A stretch of DNA of 64,000 nucleotides from NCBI GenBank assembly GCA_964036045.1, contig OZ038379.1:23932001-23996000 (forward strand), read 5' to 3'. Below the pieces are notes generated by a model that was given only the letters and a program-made list of their open reading frames with translations, made no database searches and was not told the origin of the DNA. Positions 33,748 to 45,952 of this stretch are shown piece after piece. The first letter of the stretch is position 1. The number at the start of each line of letters is the position of its first letter. Origin of the DNA: Eutreptiella sp. 'Long Island Sound 2002'. Taxonomy: Eukaryota; Protista; Euglenida. Both the position numbers and the translations under genes were made by a program.

Positions 33748-36700
33748 GGGTGGTCGGAGTGTCCTGCAGGGCCTGTGGGGATGTACTACCCGGCGCACCA
33801 GCCTGGGGGGATGGGGAGTCCACCCCAGGGGGTGGTCGGGGCATCCTTCAGGGCCTATGGGGGGCCATCATCTTCGGAGAACCGGGCGCACCGGCCTGGG
33901 GGGGGACGGGGAGTCCAGCCCAGGGGGTGGTCGGAGCCTCCTGCAAGGCCCATGGGGAGCCAGCATCTTCCAAGAACCGGGCGCACCGGCCTGGGGGGAC
34001 GGGGGGTCCTGCCCAGTGGGTGGCCGGAGTATTCTTCAGAGCGCATGGGGAGGCGTCATCTTCGGAGAACCGGGCGCACCGGCCTGGGGGGGACGGAGAG
34101 TCCAGCTCAGGGGGTGTTCAGAGCCTCCTGCAAGGCCCACGCGGAGCCATCCTCTTCTAATAACCGGGCGCACCGGCCTGGGGGGGACGGGGAGTCCAGC
34201 CCAGGGGGTGGTCGGAATCTCCTGCAAGGCCCATGGCGAGCCATCCTCTTCCAATAACCAGGCGCACCGGTCTGGGGGGGACGGGGAGTCCAGCCCAGGG
34301 GGTGGTCGGAGTATCCTGCAGGGCCCATGGGGAGGCATCATCCTTCAAAAACCGGGCGCACCGGCCTGGGGGGGACGGGGAGTCCACCCCAGGGGGTGGT
34401 CGGGGCATCCTTCAGGGCCTATGGGGGGCCATCTGCTTCGGAGAACCGGGTGCACCGGCCTGGGGGGGGCGGGGAGTCCAGCCCAGGGGGTGTTCGGAGC
34501 CTCCTACATGGCCCGTGGGGAGCCATCATCCTTCAAGAACCGGGCGCACCGGCCTGGGGGGGACGGGGAGTCCTGCCCTGGGGGTGGTCGGGGCATCCTT
34601 CAAGGCCAATGGGGGGCCATCTGCTCCGGAGAACCGGGCGCACCGGCCCGGGGGGGACAGGGAGTCCTGCCCAGGGGGTGTTCGGAGTCTCCTGCCAGGC
34701 CAATGGGGGGCCATCTTCTTCAGAGAACCGGGCGCACCGGCCTCGGGGGGACGGGGAGTCCTGCCCAGGGGGTGTTCGGAGCCTCCTGCAAGGCCAGTGG
34801 GGGGCCATCTTCTTCAGAGAACCGGGCGCACCGGCCTGGGGGGGACGGGGAGTCCTGCCCTGGGGGTGTTCGGAGCCTCCTACCAGGCCAATGGGGGGCC
34901 ATCTTCCTCAGAGAACCGGGCGCACTGGCCTGGGGGGGACGGGGAGTCCTGCCCTGGGGGTGTTCGGAGCCTCCTGCCAGGCCAGTGGGGGGCCATCGTC
35001 TTCAGAGAACCGGGCGCACCGGCCTGGGGGGGACGGGGAGTCCTGCCCAGGGGGTGTTCGGAGTCTCCTGCCAGGCCAATGGGGGGCCATCTTCTTCAGA
35101 GAACCGGGCGCACCGGCCTGGGGGGGACGGGGAGTCCTGCCCAGGGGGTGTTCGGAGTCTCCTGCCACGCCCATGGGGGGCCATCTTCTTCAGAGAACCG
35201 GGCGCACCGGCCCGGGGGGGACGGGGAGTCCTGCCCAAGGGGGTGTTCGGAGCCTCCTGCCAGGCCTACGGGGGGCGACCTTCTTCAGAGAACCGGGCGC
35301 ACCGGCCTGGGGGGGACGGGGAGCCCAGCCCAGGGGGTGTTCGGAGCCTCCTGCCAGGCCAGTGGGGGGCCAATATCTTCGGAGAACCGGGCGCACCGGC
35401 CTGGGGGGGACGGGGAGTCCAGCCCAGGGGGTGTTCGGAGCCTCCTGCCTGGGCCAGTGGGGGGCCATCTTCTTCAGAGAACCGGGCGCACCGGCCTGGG
35501 GGGGACGGGGAGTCCTGCCCTGGGGGTGTTCGGAGCCTTCTGCCAGGCCAATGGGGGGCCATCTTCCTCAGAGAACCGGGCGCACTGGCCTGGGGGGGAC
35601 GGGGAGTCTTGCCCAAGGGGTGTTAGGAGCCTCCTGCCAGGCCTACGGGGGGCGACCTTCTTCAGAGAACCGGGCGCACTGGCCTGGGGGGGACGGGGAG
35701 CCCAGCCCAGGGGGTGTTCGGAGCCTCCTGCCAGGCCAGTGGGGGGCCAATATCTTCGGAGAACCGGGCGCACCGGCCTGGGGGGGGACGGGGAGTCCAG
35801 CCCAGGGGGTGGTCGGAGCCTCCTGCAAGGCCCATGGGGAGCCAGCATCTTCCAAGAACCGGGCGCACCGGCCTGGGGGGACGGGGGGTCCTGCCCAGTC
35901 GGTGGCCGGAGTATTCTTCAGAGCGCATGGGGAGGCGTCATCTTCGGAGAACCGGGCGCACCGGCCTGGGGGGGACGGAGAGTCCAGCTCAGGGGGTGTT
36001 CAGAGCCTCCTGCAAGGCCCACGCGGAGCCATCCTCTTCTAATAACCGGGCGCACCGGCCTGGGGGGGACGGGGAGTCCAGCCCAGGGGGTGGTCGGAAT
36101 CTCCTGCAAGGCCCATGGGGAGCCATCCTCTTCCAATAACCAGGCGCACCGGTCTGGGGGGGACGGGGAGTCCAGCCCAGGGGGTGGGCGGAGTATCCTG
36201 CAGGGCCCATGGGGAGGCATCATCCTTCAAAAACCGGGCGCACCGGCCTGGGGGGGACGGGGAGTCCACCCCAGGGGGTGGTCGGGGCATCCTTCAGGGC
36301 CTATGGGGGGCCATCTGCTTCGGAGAACCGGGTGCACCGGCCTGGGGGGGGCGGGGAGTCCAGCCCAGGGGGTGTTCGGAGCCTCCTACATGGCCCGTGG
36401 GGAGCCATCATCCTTCAAGAGCCGGGCGCACCGGCCTGGGGGGGACGGGGAGTCCTGCCCTGGGGGTGGTCGGGGCATCCTTCAAGGCCAATGGGGGGCC
36501 ATCTGCTCCGGAGAACCGGGCGCACCGGCCCGGGGGGGACAGGGAGTCCTGCCCAGGGGGTGTTCGGAGTCTCCTGCCAGGCCAATGGGGGGCCATCTTC
36601 TTCAGAGAACCGGGCGCACCGGCCTGGGGGGGACGGGGAGTCCTGCCCAGGGGGTGTTCGGAGCCTCCTGCAAGGCCAGTGGGGGGCCATCTTCTTCAGA

Positions 36701-39025
36701 GAACCGGGCGCACCGGCCTGGGGGGGACGGGGAGTCCTGCCCTGGGGGTGTTCGGAGCCTCCTGCCAGGCCAATGGGGGGCCATCTTCCTCAGAGAACCG
36801 GGCGCACTGGCCTGGGGGAAACGGGGAGTCCTGCCCAAGGGGTGTTAGGAGCCTCCTGCCAGGCCTACGGGGGGCGACCTTCTTCAGAGAACCGGGCGCA
36901 CCGGCCTGGGGGGGACGGGGAGCCCAGCCCAGGGGGTGTTCGGAGCCTCCTGCCAGGCCAGTGGGGGGCCAATATCTTCGGAGAACCGGGCGCACCGGCC
37001 TGGGGGGGACGGGGAGTCCTGCCCAGGGGGTGTTCGGAGCCTCCTGCCAGGGCTAGTGGCGGGCCATCTTCTTCAGAGAACCGGGCGCACCGGCCCGGGG
37101 GGGACGGGGAGTCCTGCCCAGGGGGTGTTCGGAGTCTCCTGCCAGGCCAATGGGGGGCCATCGTCTTCAGAGAACCGGGCGCACCGGCCCGGGGGGGACG
37201 GGGAGTCCTGCCCAGGGGGTGTTCGGAGTCTCCTGCCAGGCCAATGGGGGGCCATCTTCTTCAGAGAACCGGGCGCACCGGCCCGGGGGGGACGGGGAGT
37301 CCTGCCCAGGGGGTGTTCGGAGCCTCCTGCCAGGGCAATGGGGGGCCATCTTCTTCAGAGAACCGGGCGCACCGGCCTGGGGGGGACGGGGAGTCCTGCC
37401 CAGGGGGTGTTCGGAGCCTCCTGCCAGGCCAATGGGGGGCCATCTTCTTCAGAGAACCGGGCGCACCGGCCCGGGGGGGACGGGGAGTCCTGCCCAGGGG
37501 GTGTTCGGAGTCTCCTGCAAGGCCAATGGGGGGCCATCTTCTTCGGAGAACCGGGCGCACCGGCCTGGGGGGGACGGGGAGTCCTGCCCAGGGGGTGTTC
37601 GGAGCCTCCTGCCAGGGCAATGGGGGGCCATCTTCTTCAGAGAACCGGGCGCACCGGCCCGGGGGGGACGGGGAGTCCTGCCCTGGGGGTGTTCGGAGCC
37701 TCTTGCCAGGGCCAATGGGGGGCCATCTTCTTCAGAGAACCGGGCGCACCGGCCTGGGGGGGACGGGGAGTCCTGCCCAGGGGGTGTTCGGAGCCTCCTG
37801 CAAGGCCAGTGGGGGGCCATCTTCTTCAGAGAACCGGGCGCACCGGCCTGGGGGGGACGGGGAGTCCTGCCCAGGGGGTGTTCGGAGTCTCCTGCCAGGC
37901 CAATGGGGGGCCATCTTCTTCAGAGAACCGGGCGCACCGGCCTGGGGGGGACAGGGAGTCCTGCCCAGGGGGTGTTTGGAGTCTCCTGCCAGGCCAATGG
38001 GGGGCCATCTTCTTCAGAGAACCGGGCGCACCGGCCCGGGGGGGACGGGGAGTCCTGCCCAGGGGGTGTTCGGAGTCTCCTGCAAGGCCAATGGGGGGCC
38101 ATCTTCTTCGGAGAACCGGGCGCACCGGCCCGGGGGGGACGGGGAGTCCTGTCCAGGGAGTGTTCGGAGCCTCCTGCCAGGGCCAATGGGGGGCCATCTT
38201 CTTCAGAGAACCGGGCGCACCGGCCCGGGGGGGACGGGGAGTCCTGCCCAGGGGGTGTTCGGAGCCTCCTGCAAGGCCAGTGGGGGGCCATCGTCTTCAG
38301 AGAACCGGGCGCACCGGCCTGGGGGGGACGGGGAGTCCTGCCCAGGGGGTGTTCGGAGTCTCGTGCCAGGCCAATGGGGGGCCATCTTCTTCAGAGAACC
38401 GGGCGCACCGGCCTGGGGGGGACGGGGAGTCCTGCCCAGGGGGTGTTCGGAGTCTCCTGCCACGCCCATGGGGGGCCATCTTCTTCAGAGAACCGGGCGC
38501 ACCGGCCCGGGGGGGACGGGGAGTCCTGCCCTGGGGGTGTTCGGAGTCTCCTGCAAGGCCAGTGGGGGGCCATCTTCTTCAGAGAACCGGGCGCACCGGC
38601 CCGGGGGGGACAGGGAGTCCTGTCCAGGGGGTGTTCGGAGCCTCCTGCCAGGGCAATGGGGGGCCATCTTCTTCAGAGAACCGGGCGCACCGGCCTGGGG
38701 GGGACGGGGAGTCCTGCCCAGGGGGTGTTCGGAGCCTCCTGCCAGGGCCAATGGGGGGCCATCTTCTTCAGAGAACCGGGCGCACCGGCCCGGGGGGGAC
38801 GGGGAGTCCTGCCCAGGGGGTGTTCGGAGCCTCCTGCCAGGGCCAATGGGGGGCCATCTTCTTCAGAGAACCGGGCGCACCGGCCTGGGGGGGACGGGGA
38901 GTCCTGCCCAGGGGGTGTTCGGAGCCTCCTGCCAGGCCAGTGGGGGGCCTGTATCTTCGGAGAACCGGGCGCACCGGCCCGGGGGGGACGGGGAGCCCAG
39001 CCCACGGGGTGTTCGGAGCCTCCGG
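33748..39025. repeat. 94-bp satellite, ~56 copies, with a 1882-bp higher-order duplication
   Basis: Consensus GGGGGGCCATCTTCTTCAGAGAACCGGGCGCACCGGCCTGGGGGGGACGGGGAGTCCTGCCCAGGGGGTGTTCGGAGCCTCCTGCCAGGCCAAT; repeat-derived ORF ends recur at 94-bp steps; e.g. 34036/35918 and 34327/36209 are 1882 apart. Confidence 0.97.
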
Positions 39026-40500
39026 CAGGACCCGTGGGTACCCCCTCCTACCTCTTAGCAGCAGCAGGCAAGTAAGCAGGCAGTACCGGGGGTCAGAACC
39101 CCGGGGTAACAGTATCTGGGACTCAACGTGAGTCCTCTTAACCAGGAACAACCCCAAACACCGCCGGGGCTTAACTCCCGAACGTAACGGTGTTTGGGGC
39201 CCCCGTGGGCCTTATGAGCCCACGGAGTGTACTGAGGCGTGGCTACCAGCACTTAAAGTCTGGCCTGCCATACCCATTTCTGGGCTCGCCTCAGTACGAC
39301 CGGTCGGGTCCGGCTCTGGGGGCTGCGCACTAAACCGGCACCGGGAGAGGGCCGTTTTACCCGGTTAAGCATTACTTATGGCAGTAGGCACTAATTATTA
39401 CATTAGGGTTTTACTCAGCGCATTTGTTTACCCCGCAGACATGCCCCTCCAGTGGTGCGCTCACCTTTGGGGCTGCTTTTGGGGGACCGGGGGCTGTTAC
39501 CCCTCCCGGACGCCCTCCCTGGTGTTGGCGCCGGGGTGGTGGCCGGGGGGCCTTATACCGTACCTCAAAGGATGCTGGATACCAAATACCGGGGCGTCCA
39601 GCCGGACGGGGACAGGGGCGGATCCTTGAGCAACGGCGTGGGGGCATGCACCCCTTGTTTTATGTCTACCACCTCGTTCCTGTTTAAACCACCGGCCGTT
39701 GGGCCACAGAGCGGACAAGGGCAGCGTGGCCTCGAACCGCCATCACCAGCGGGGCCACACTGCCCTTCCGGCATTGTCCTGCCGGCTGCACTCAGGCAGG
39801 CTTGGTAAGGCAGGTCTTGCAGGGCGGGGGGTCGTTTTTGAGGCCCCCCGCGCATGTCTGGGCCACAGGCCTTCCAGGCTCTGCGGTGCCGCTCCGCTCT
39901 CTCAGCCTCCCGTAGTCCCTCTAAATCTCACACCCACTCACACACCCTGCATACCCCTGTTGGCCCTGCTGCGCCACTGAAGCCCCTGCATGGGGGCCTC
40001 CTCGGTGCGGCTGATACCCTCACGCGGCCGGCCGCCGATGCGGGGCCCTGGGGGCGCGCCGCTCGGGCGCTGCCAGCCTGCAAGGGGAGTAGGGCTAGGG
40101 AGGGTTTTGGGATGGGTGAGGCAGCAGGGGGCGAGGAGAGGAGGCAGCACAGGGGCGGCCGTCGGGGCGCGCGGAGGGGCGGCCGTGGGGGGGCTGGGGC
40201 AGGAGCGCGGGGGGGGGCGCATGTCTGGGCTGCGGTGCGGGCCCTGTACGTGGGCGGGCGTGTAGGGGAAGAGAGGAGGGGGAGGCTTGGTCAGCCGTCC
40301 TCTACTGGGGGTCGCTGACCGTTCCCAGGGCCGAGGCGGCCGGTACTAGGGGCCGCGGGGTCCCTGGGGATGGTGCTTGGCACTGGGACGTGCGCGCACC
40401 CGACACTGTTAGTACACCGCCTATTGGCAGTGCCCGGGCCCTGTCGTCCGGGGCTTCGCACCCGGCACCCAGCCCGTGGGTAGAGCTGGGGAGTACTCAG
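39026..40500 (-). mobile_element. 5' end of the second family-A LINE copy
   Basis: 40300-40500 is homologous to 25770-25935 (gcacccggcacccag...gggtag.gct.gggg...actcag) and is followed by a GT-rich microsatellite. Confidence 0.65.
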
Positions 40501-40585
40501 GGTGTGGTGTGGTGTGGTGGGGTGGGGTGCTGTTGTGGCGTCTGCGCTGTGTTGTGTTGTGGCGTGTAATGTTTTGTGATGTTGT
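40501..40585. repeat. GT-rich pentamer microsatellite just upstream of the intron acceptor
   Basis: ggtgtggtgtggtgtggtgg...gtgttgtgttgtggcg...gttgttgtgt then aaaacacag|. Confidence 0.85.
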
Positions 40586-40599
40586 TGTGTAAAACACAG

Positions 40600-40775
40600 G
40601 AGGCTGTGCAGATCACCAAGCAGTTGATGAACGTGCTTTGTCACCTGCACACCGATCAACAAGTGGTACACCGAGACCTGAAGCCAGAGAACATCCTCAT
40701 GGTCGAGGATACGATGCAGATCAAGATCATCGACTTCGGATTTGCAAAGTTCTATGGGCAGCACTGCCCCAGCGG
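40600..40775 (+). CDS. Kinase subdomains VIa-VII exon (HRDLKPEN, DFG)
   Basis: EAVQITKQLMNVLCHLHTDQQVVHRDLKPENILMVEDTMQIKIIDFGFAKFYGQHCPS; GT donor at 40776 (phase 2). Confidence 0.93.
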
Positions 40776-42928
40776 GTATTATTCCCACTCTACCTAACCC
40801 CACTCGTCCAAGATGCATTGTTACAGCTAGTATGAGCAATCCGGTATTTTCCATTGTGCAGACAAAAAAGGAGGCAACCTTCCCTTTACGCCCAGCATCC
40901 TCCCATCCCATCTCATCCTCCATGCATACCATTCCTACTAACCCCCTACCATGCTTTCCAGTGTCATCCCATCCCCTTGTAGCTTTTCCCCGTAACATCC
41001 TCCCATGCCATGGCCTCAAATCATGACTCCAGACTATTCCCTCATATTGTACCAACCCCCGCATACCATCTCCCCATACCGCCTCCCTGCACTGCCACGA
41101 CATACTATCCCCGCGTACTCGTCCTCCATACCATCCCCACGTACCATCTCACTGTACAATTATACCAGTGCCCCGTATTGCCCCCCAATACCATCCTCCA
41201 CTTAGCTTTTGAGTGCATCCTGGTTCCGCTGTGTGATCATGGGGGGCTAGTGGCCATTGGTGCCCCCCTGGTCAGATTATCACTAGTTTGGCCTCAGCCG
41301 GTTGAAACGGGCTGGGGGCTAGAAATGGTAGTGGGCCAGCGGCCTCCCACAAATTCCAACCCGTAATCCCTGACACCCGCGCGTCCTTGCCTGGTTGCCG
41401 TGTTGCATCATGCTGCTTCCTTGGAGCGCAGCAGTCCGCTGCTGCCCCAAGCCGTCATATGGCTACCTCCGCAAAGCATGGCACCCTGCTGCTACCCTGA
41501 AGCACAGCATTCTACAACTGCCCCAAAGTATAGCACCCCGCCCTGCAACAGCAAACCTTGCGGCTACCCCAAGTCACAGCCCCCTGCTACTGTCCGAGCG
41601 CGCAGCGCCCTGCTGCTAGCCCAGAGCACAGCACACCATTGCACCCCACTTTACTGCTGACCCACACCCCGGTAACCTGCTGCTGCTGTGGGGCACAGCA
41701 CCAGGCTGGCGCCCACTTGGTGTGCTTCTGCCCAAAGGGAGGGTTGGGGGCGGCCCACACCCTTTGTGCCCCTGCCCCGCATGCGATCGGAGCAAAGCAC
41801 GCTTATCTTGTGCTCCTGCAGGAGCAAGGTCGATCCATGCCAGGTTCACCCCAGTGCTCGCAGTGGGGCGCGTTCGGAAAGGGGGCAGGGTTTCCGGAGC
41901 TACCCACGCTCCCAGTAAACCCGTGGAGCAATTGGCGCTAAAGTGGACCCAGAGAGCCACCTGTGCTCCCTTGGAGTCCGCCAGGCTGGGAGTGAAACCT
42001 TGGGGCTCTCAACCGGAGGTTGGGGGTGGGACTCAGGGCTGAGTAGCAATCGCGGGCACCAACAGGGTGCCCGTCCTGGTGGCTGTCGGCCCCCAGTCAG
42101 CACCGACCTGCCCCCACTGGGGCCGTGCGGAGATCAGGATTGGGATCGCCGCCGGTGTGCCCTGGTCAGGGCTGGGCAGTCACAGTAGGCTCACACCCCG
42201 CCCCCATGGCCTTTCATCGCAAGTTGAAGGTTGTTATGTGCTCCCGTCGGGGTAGTGACCTCGCAAGTGGACATGGGCCCAACAGCTGCTGTTAGGGAGG
42301 ATTCCCCCACCGCCGGTATGGGGGGTCCAGTTGGACAGTGGCGAGGGCTGTTGCCCTCCTCTGTGTGGACCCGACACGGAGCAGTGAAACAGGGACCGTC
42401 CGGGGCTCCGGTGGCACAACCTACCAAGGGAAAGCAAAGGTAGGTAAGGATAGGCCATATCTGGTGAGCAAGGGCACTAGGTGGTGAGAGGCCAGAGGGC
42501 ACCGCCGGGAAGTGGCGAGAGGCCAATAGGCGCCGCCAGCTTCAGACAGCATTCTGCCCAGGCGTCATGCCAGCCCCCCGCCTTCAAGGGCGGTCCGTGC
42601 ATGGGTGTGCATGGATGCAGGGCTGGTGTGTGGTGAGTTTTCTCGAATGCCGTTAAGGCCCCCCTTCCGTGGCCTGCAGGCCTTGGCATCGGCCATCAAA
42701 TCCCAATCTAAAATCCAACCATCTTCCCCAAACCATCACTTCATGGGATTCTCGCAAATGCCCCCCCCCCCCCCTACAGTCTCCCTGCACTTCCCCCATA
42801 CCCTTATCCATCACGTGCCTCAATTCCACCTTCCCATGACATCCCCCCATGCCATCTTCCCACACTGCCAATGTCCCACCCAGCCCCCACCCTCCCTCTA
42901 TGCTTCTGCATCTCTGTCATGTCACCAG

Positions 42929-43745
42929 GTATTGCATGGCTTCAGATACACCCTGTGATCCATCGGCGATCAAATTCCTCTCACCTGAGGCCAGTGAAGT
43001 CACCACTCCATCAGATTTGTTGCTGGGCAGTCCGTTGGGATCTCTAAATTACTGCGCGCCCGAGGTGCTGAAGCACTGGAGGTCCACGGTATGCCCTCGG
43101 GTTACGACTAGGATGGACATCCAGAAACTCGACGTGTTCGCAGCAGGGGTCGTTACCTTCGTAATGCTGAGCGGAAAGTTCCCGTTCCACTCCAAATCTG
43201 GACTGCGCTCTCTGGCAGAGCAGATCGAACGAGGCCCAAGGTTTGATGACAAGCACTGGGAAGGCATCTCGGAAGATGCGAAGGAGTATTGCCGCTGGTT
43301 GATGCACACAGACCGCAAAAAGAGGCCGTTCGCGCATGAGGCACTCTCGCATCCGTGGCTGAAAACCGCTGCCCCGCAGACGCCGTTTGGTTGTTGGGAA
43401 AATGATGACAACAAGCCCGTTGATGAACAGCTCTTTGACGATCTTCGGGAGCTCGACCAGGAATTCGAAGATAAAGAGCCCAGTGAAGAGGACTACAAAC
43501 TTGCGGAGCAGACGTTTGCATCCACCGGGATTGACACGGAGAAGATCTGGGAGCACCGTGGTCCCGTGCTGCGTCGAATCCAGGAGTTCACAGAGTCCGG
43601 CGCCACACAAGAGGCTTTGATGATGCAACACGCCTACAATCTTCTCGTGGCCAGAGCAGCAAGGCAATGCGGAGGTGCATTCGAGACGGTGCCGATGAAA
43701 CTGAAGGGAATTGTGTTGAAGTTGCCCAAAAGCCACCAAACGTAG
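42929..43745 (+). CDS. Terminal kinase exon, subdomains VIII-XI plus C-tail (CAMK-like Ser/Thr kinase)
   Basis: Acceptor caccag| at 42928. GSLNYCAPEVL, DVFAAGVVTFVMLSGKFPF, ISEDAKE...RPFAHEALSHPWL; TAG stop at 43743-43745; no lesions. Confidence 0.93.
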
Positions 43746-45759
43746 AACCATCTGCCCTGGGGTGCACTGTGCACAGGTGTCCCGGTCGTGATGTGCGCGC
43801 TGTGCATATCTGTTCTGCATTTCCCCCACTGAGCAGACACGTAGGCCCCTGTCATGGGGGTCATGGTAATTTTGTTAAAAAATATACAGCACAGGCGCCT
43901 AAAATATCAAGAAGCTACGTGGTCACACAGTGAAAAATATAAGTTCACAAGTTGCAGATGAAGATTTGAAGGTGTGTTTTGTATGTATTGTATATGCAAT
44001 GGATACAGGTACGAAACAATAGGACACCACCCTTCGGCAAAGTGGGAGATAAAGGCACCACCCTTGGGCAAGGTGCGACCCAAATTTTGGTGGTTGAAAT
44101 CATTCTTGGATCTGTTTGTGGGACACCACTGTGGATGTCAGGACCAGAGAGAAAGCCACCAAGGTGGGTGGCTCTTTACAATATCTGCTGTGTCACATAA
44201 TAAATGTGGGAAATGCAATCTGGGAAAGTACGGGGTAGTTGACTTCAGCGCGGTGGGGGGGGGGAGACAGTTGCAAACCACCCCCAGAGCCGGAAGCGAC
44301 CAGCCCCAGTGAGTCTTTTCCCTTTCAATTCCTTCCCCTCCCCGTACACAGTGTGCACCCTGGCCTCCCCCGGCCCATGACAGAAGACTGAAACATGGAA
44401 GAAAGGAACAGGGGGGGATTAGGGGAAAGAAAATTGCACATGGTCTGGCAGTAGGCTGACGAATGCCACGAGGCAAGGGCAGAGCACAGGAATGTTACGG
44501 AGAATTGTCATCACTGAAATATTACATTGCATATCTCTAGAGATATGTATAGCAGAATACCCCGCCCCTGTATTGCCACACCTTTGGGCTTTGGGAGGCA
44601 AGTAGGGACCCCCCGCCCATTTTGAGGGTGGGGAACTGAAAAAAGAACATGTCTTGGTAATTGGTTGGATGGGGCTGGGTATTGAGGCCCATGAAGGGGT
44701 AGGAAGGGCTAGAAATAGGGTATGACGTCACGTTTTTTCAAACTTTCTGGCAGTGGATTTGACCATGTAGGTAAAGCTGTCTGTACTTTGGTTTTGCAAG
44801 CAGAGATGGCATTTGGCTGAAACAGTTGCTCCGAAATGTGCCCCTTTCTGGTATTTTTTTTTACGGTGCTGGTGCTGTAAAAGATGAGCCAAGAAATATA
44901 TCAAGGTCATGAACAACTACCATTTACTACTCAGTTTTTTGACAGACAAGGGCTGTTTTGAGGCAACGAACCTTGCTTCAGGCCTATTACCCTCCACTGC
45001 CGAAGGTGTACAGCCTGTGTATGGGGCAGCAAAACGTAGGCAGAAAATATGAACTTTTAGTTGACCTGCCACACAAGTTTTTCAAAGCAGCCATAAGAAA
45101 ACACCAATAACAAAAATTTACATTTTGCCCTGAAAGGGTGTCCCACTGTCAAACAGGTGTGCCTCGTGCGAACCCGTGCATTTATCATATTGTGGCCCCT
45201 GCTCGGGGCATTCCTGTGCATAGTGCATCCCAAGTCAGCACGCCCCAATGCTTGACCAAGAGAGTGTCCAGCAACAACCCACATGACCTTACACTGTGGA
45301 GGACAAGATGGAGGCCGGCAATTTTCAGGAAACTCTCCCCGGTTTGAAGACCACTTCCCCACCACAAGATGTTTGGCAACCTTCTGGTGCCCCTGCGTAA
45401 AGTACAGTTGAGGCCTGAGGGGACCTGAACAACACAACCCAAAAAAGAGGGACCAGTCCATACAATCCGTTGTTTGGCGTTTGTTCAATTTTTTGTGCAA
45501 GCACCCCAACAGCCTGCTTGCGGTTGTTGCTGAGCAGCACAATGTGTGGGTCACTCCCTGTGTATCTGATATGAGCGGTGTTGCTGTTCTTTGGGTATTG
45601 TTCTGATAAAGGCCTGTGGGCAGATGTTCTGGTGTGCTGCTGTTGCATTGTGTCAAGTTGTTGGAGTGGCGTCTTCTGACAAGGGCCTGTGAGCATGCAT
45701 GTGAGCTTGCCTCTCAATCAGTGAAGGCCAAATAGTGCTGCGGTGCAGACAGATTGTCA

Positions 45760-45880
45760 CACACACACACACACACACACACATGGCAGAGCAACAGACT
45801 TTTGAAGTCATAGTTCAGCTGATGTACAGGGTTCTAGGCGTTGAAACTCGGAGTGGATGTGATTTGAGTTGTCTTGGGCA

Positions 45881-45934
<54 letters not shown>

Positions 45935-45952
45935 ACACACACACACACACAC
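45760..45952. repeat. (CA)n microsatellites
   Basis: Runs at ~45760-45783 and ~45881-45952. Confidence 0.95.

Larger units (their letters stand above)
10260..40599 (+). other. 30,340-bp phase-0 GT-AG intron of the kinase gene
   Basis: GYMSEQ| joins |EAVQITKQL (acacag|gag at 40599/40600) as a continuous kinase sequence; the interior is repeats. Confidence 0.85.

Noticed and set aside
26538-39025. CRISPR-like array
   Set aside because: Units are contiguous tandem repeats with no unique spacers, no cas genes, and eukaryotic context.
26059-39131. Very long ORFs (up to 1299 aa) on both strands
   Set aside because: They are translations of stop-poor 47-bp and 94-bp satellites; the same peptide appears in all frames.
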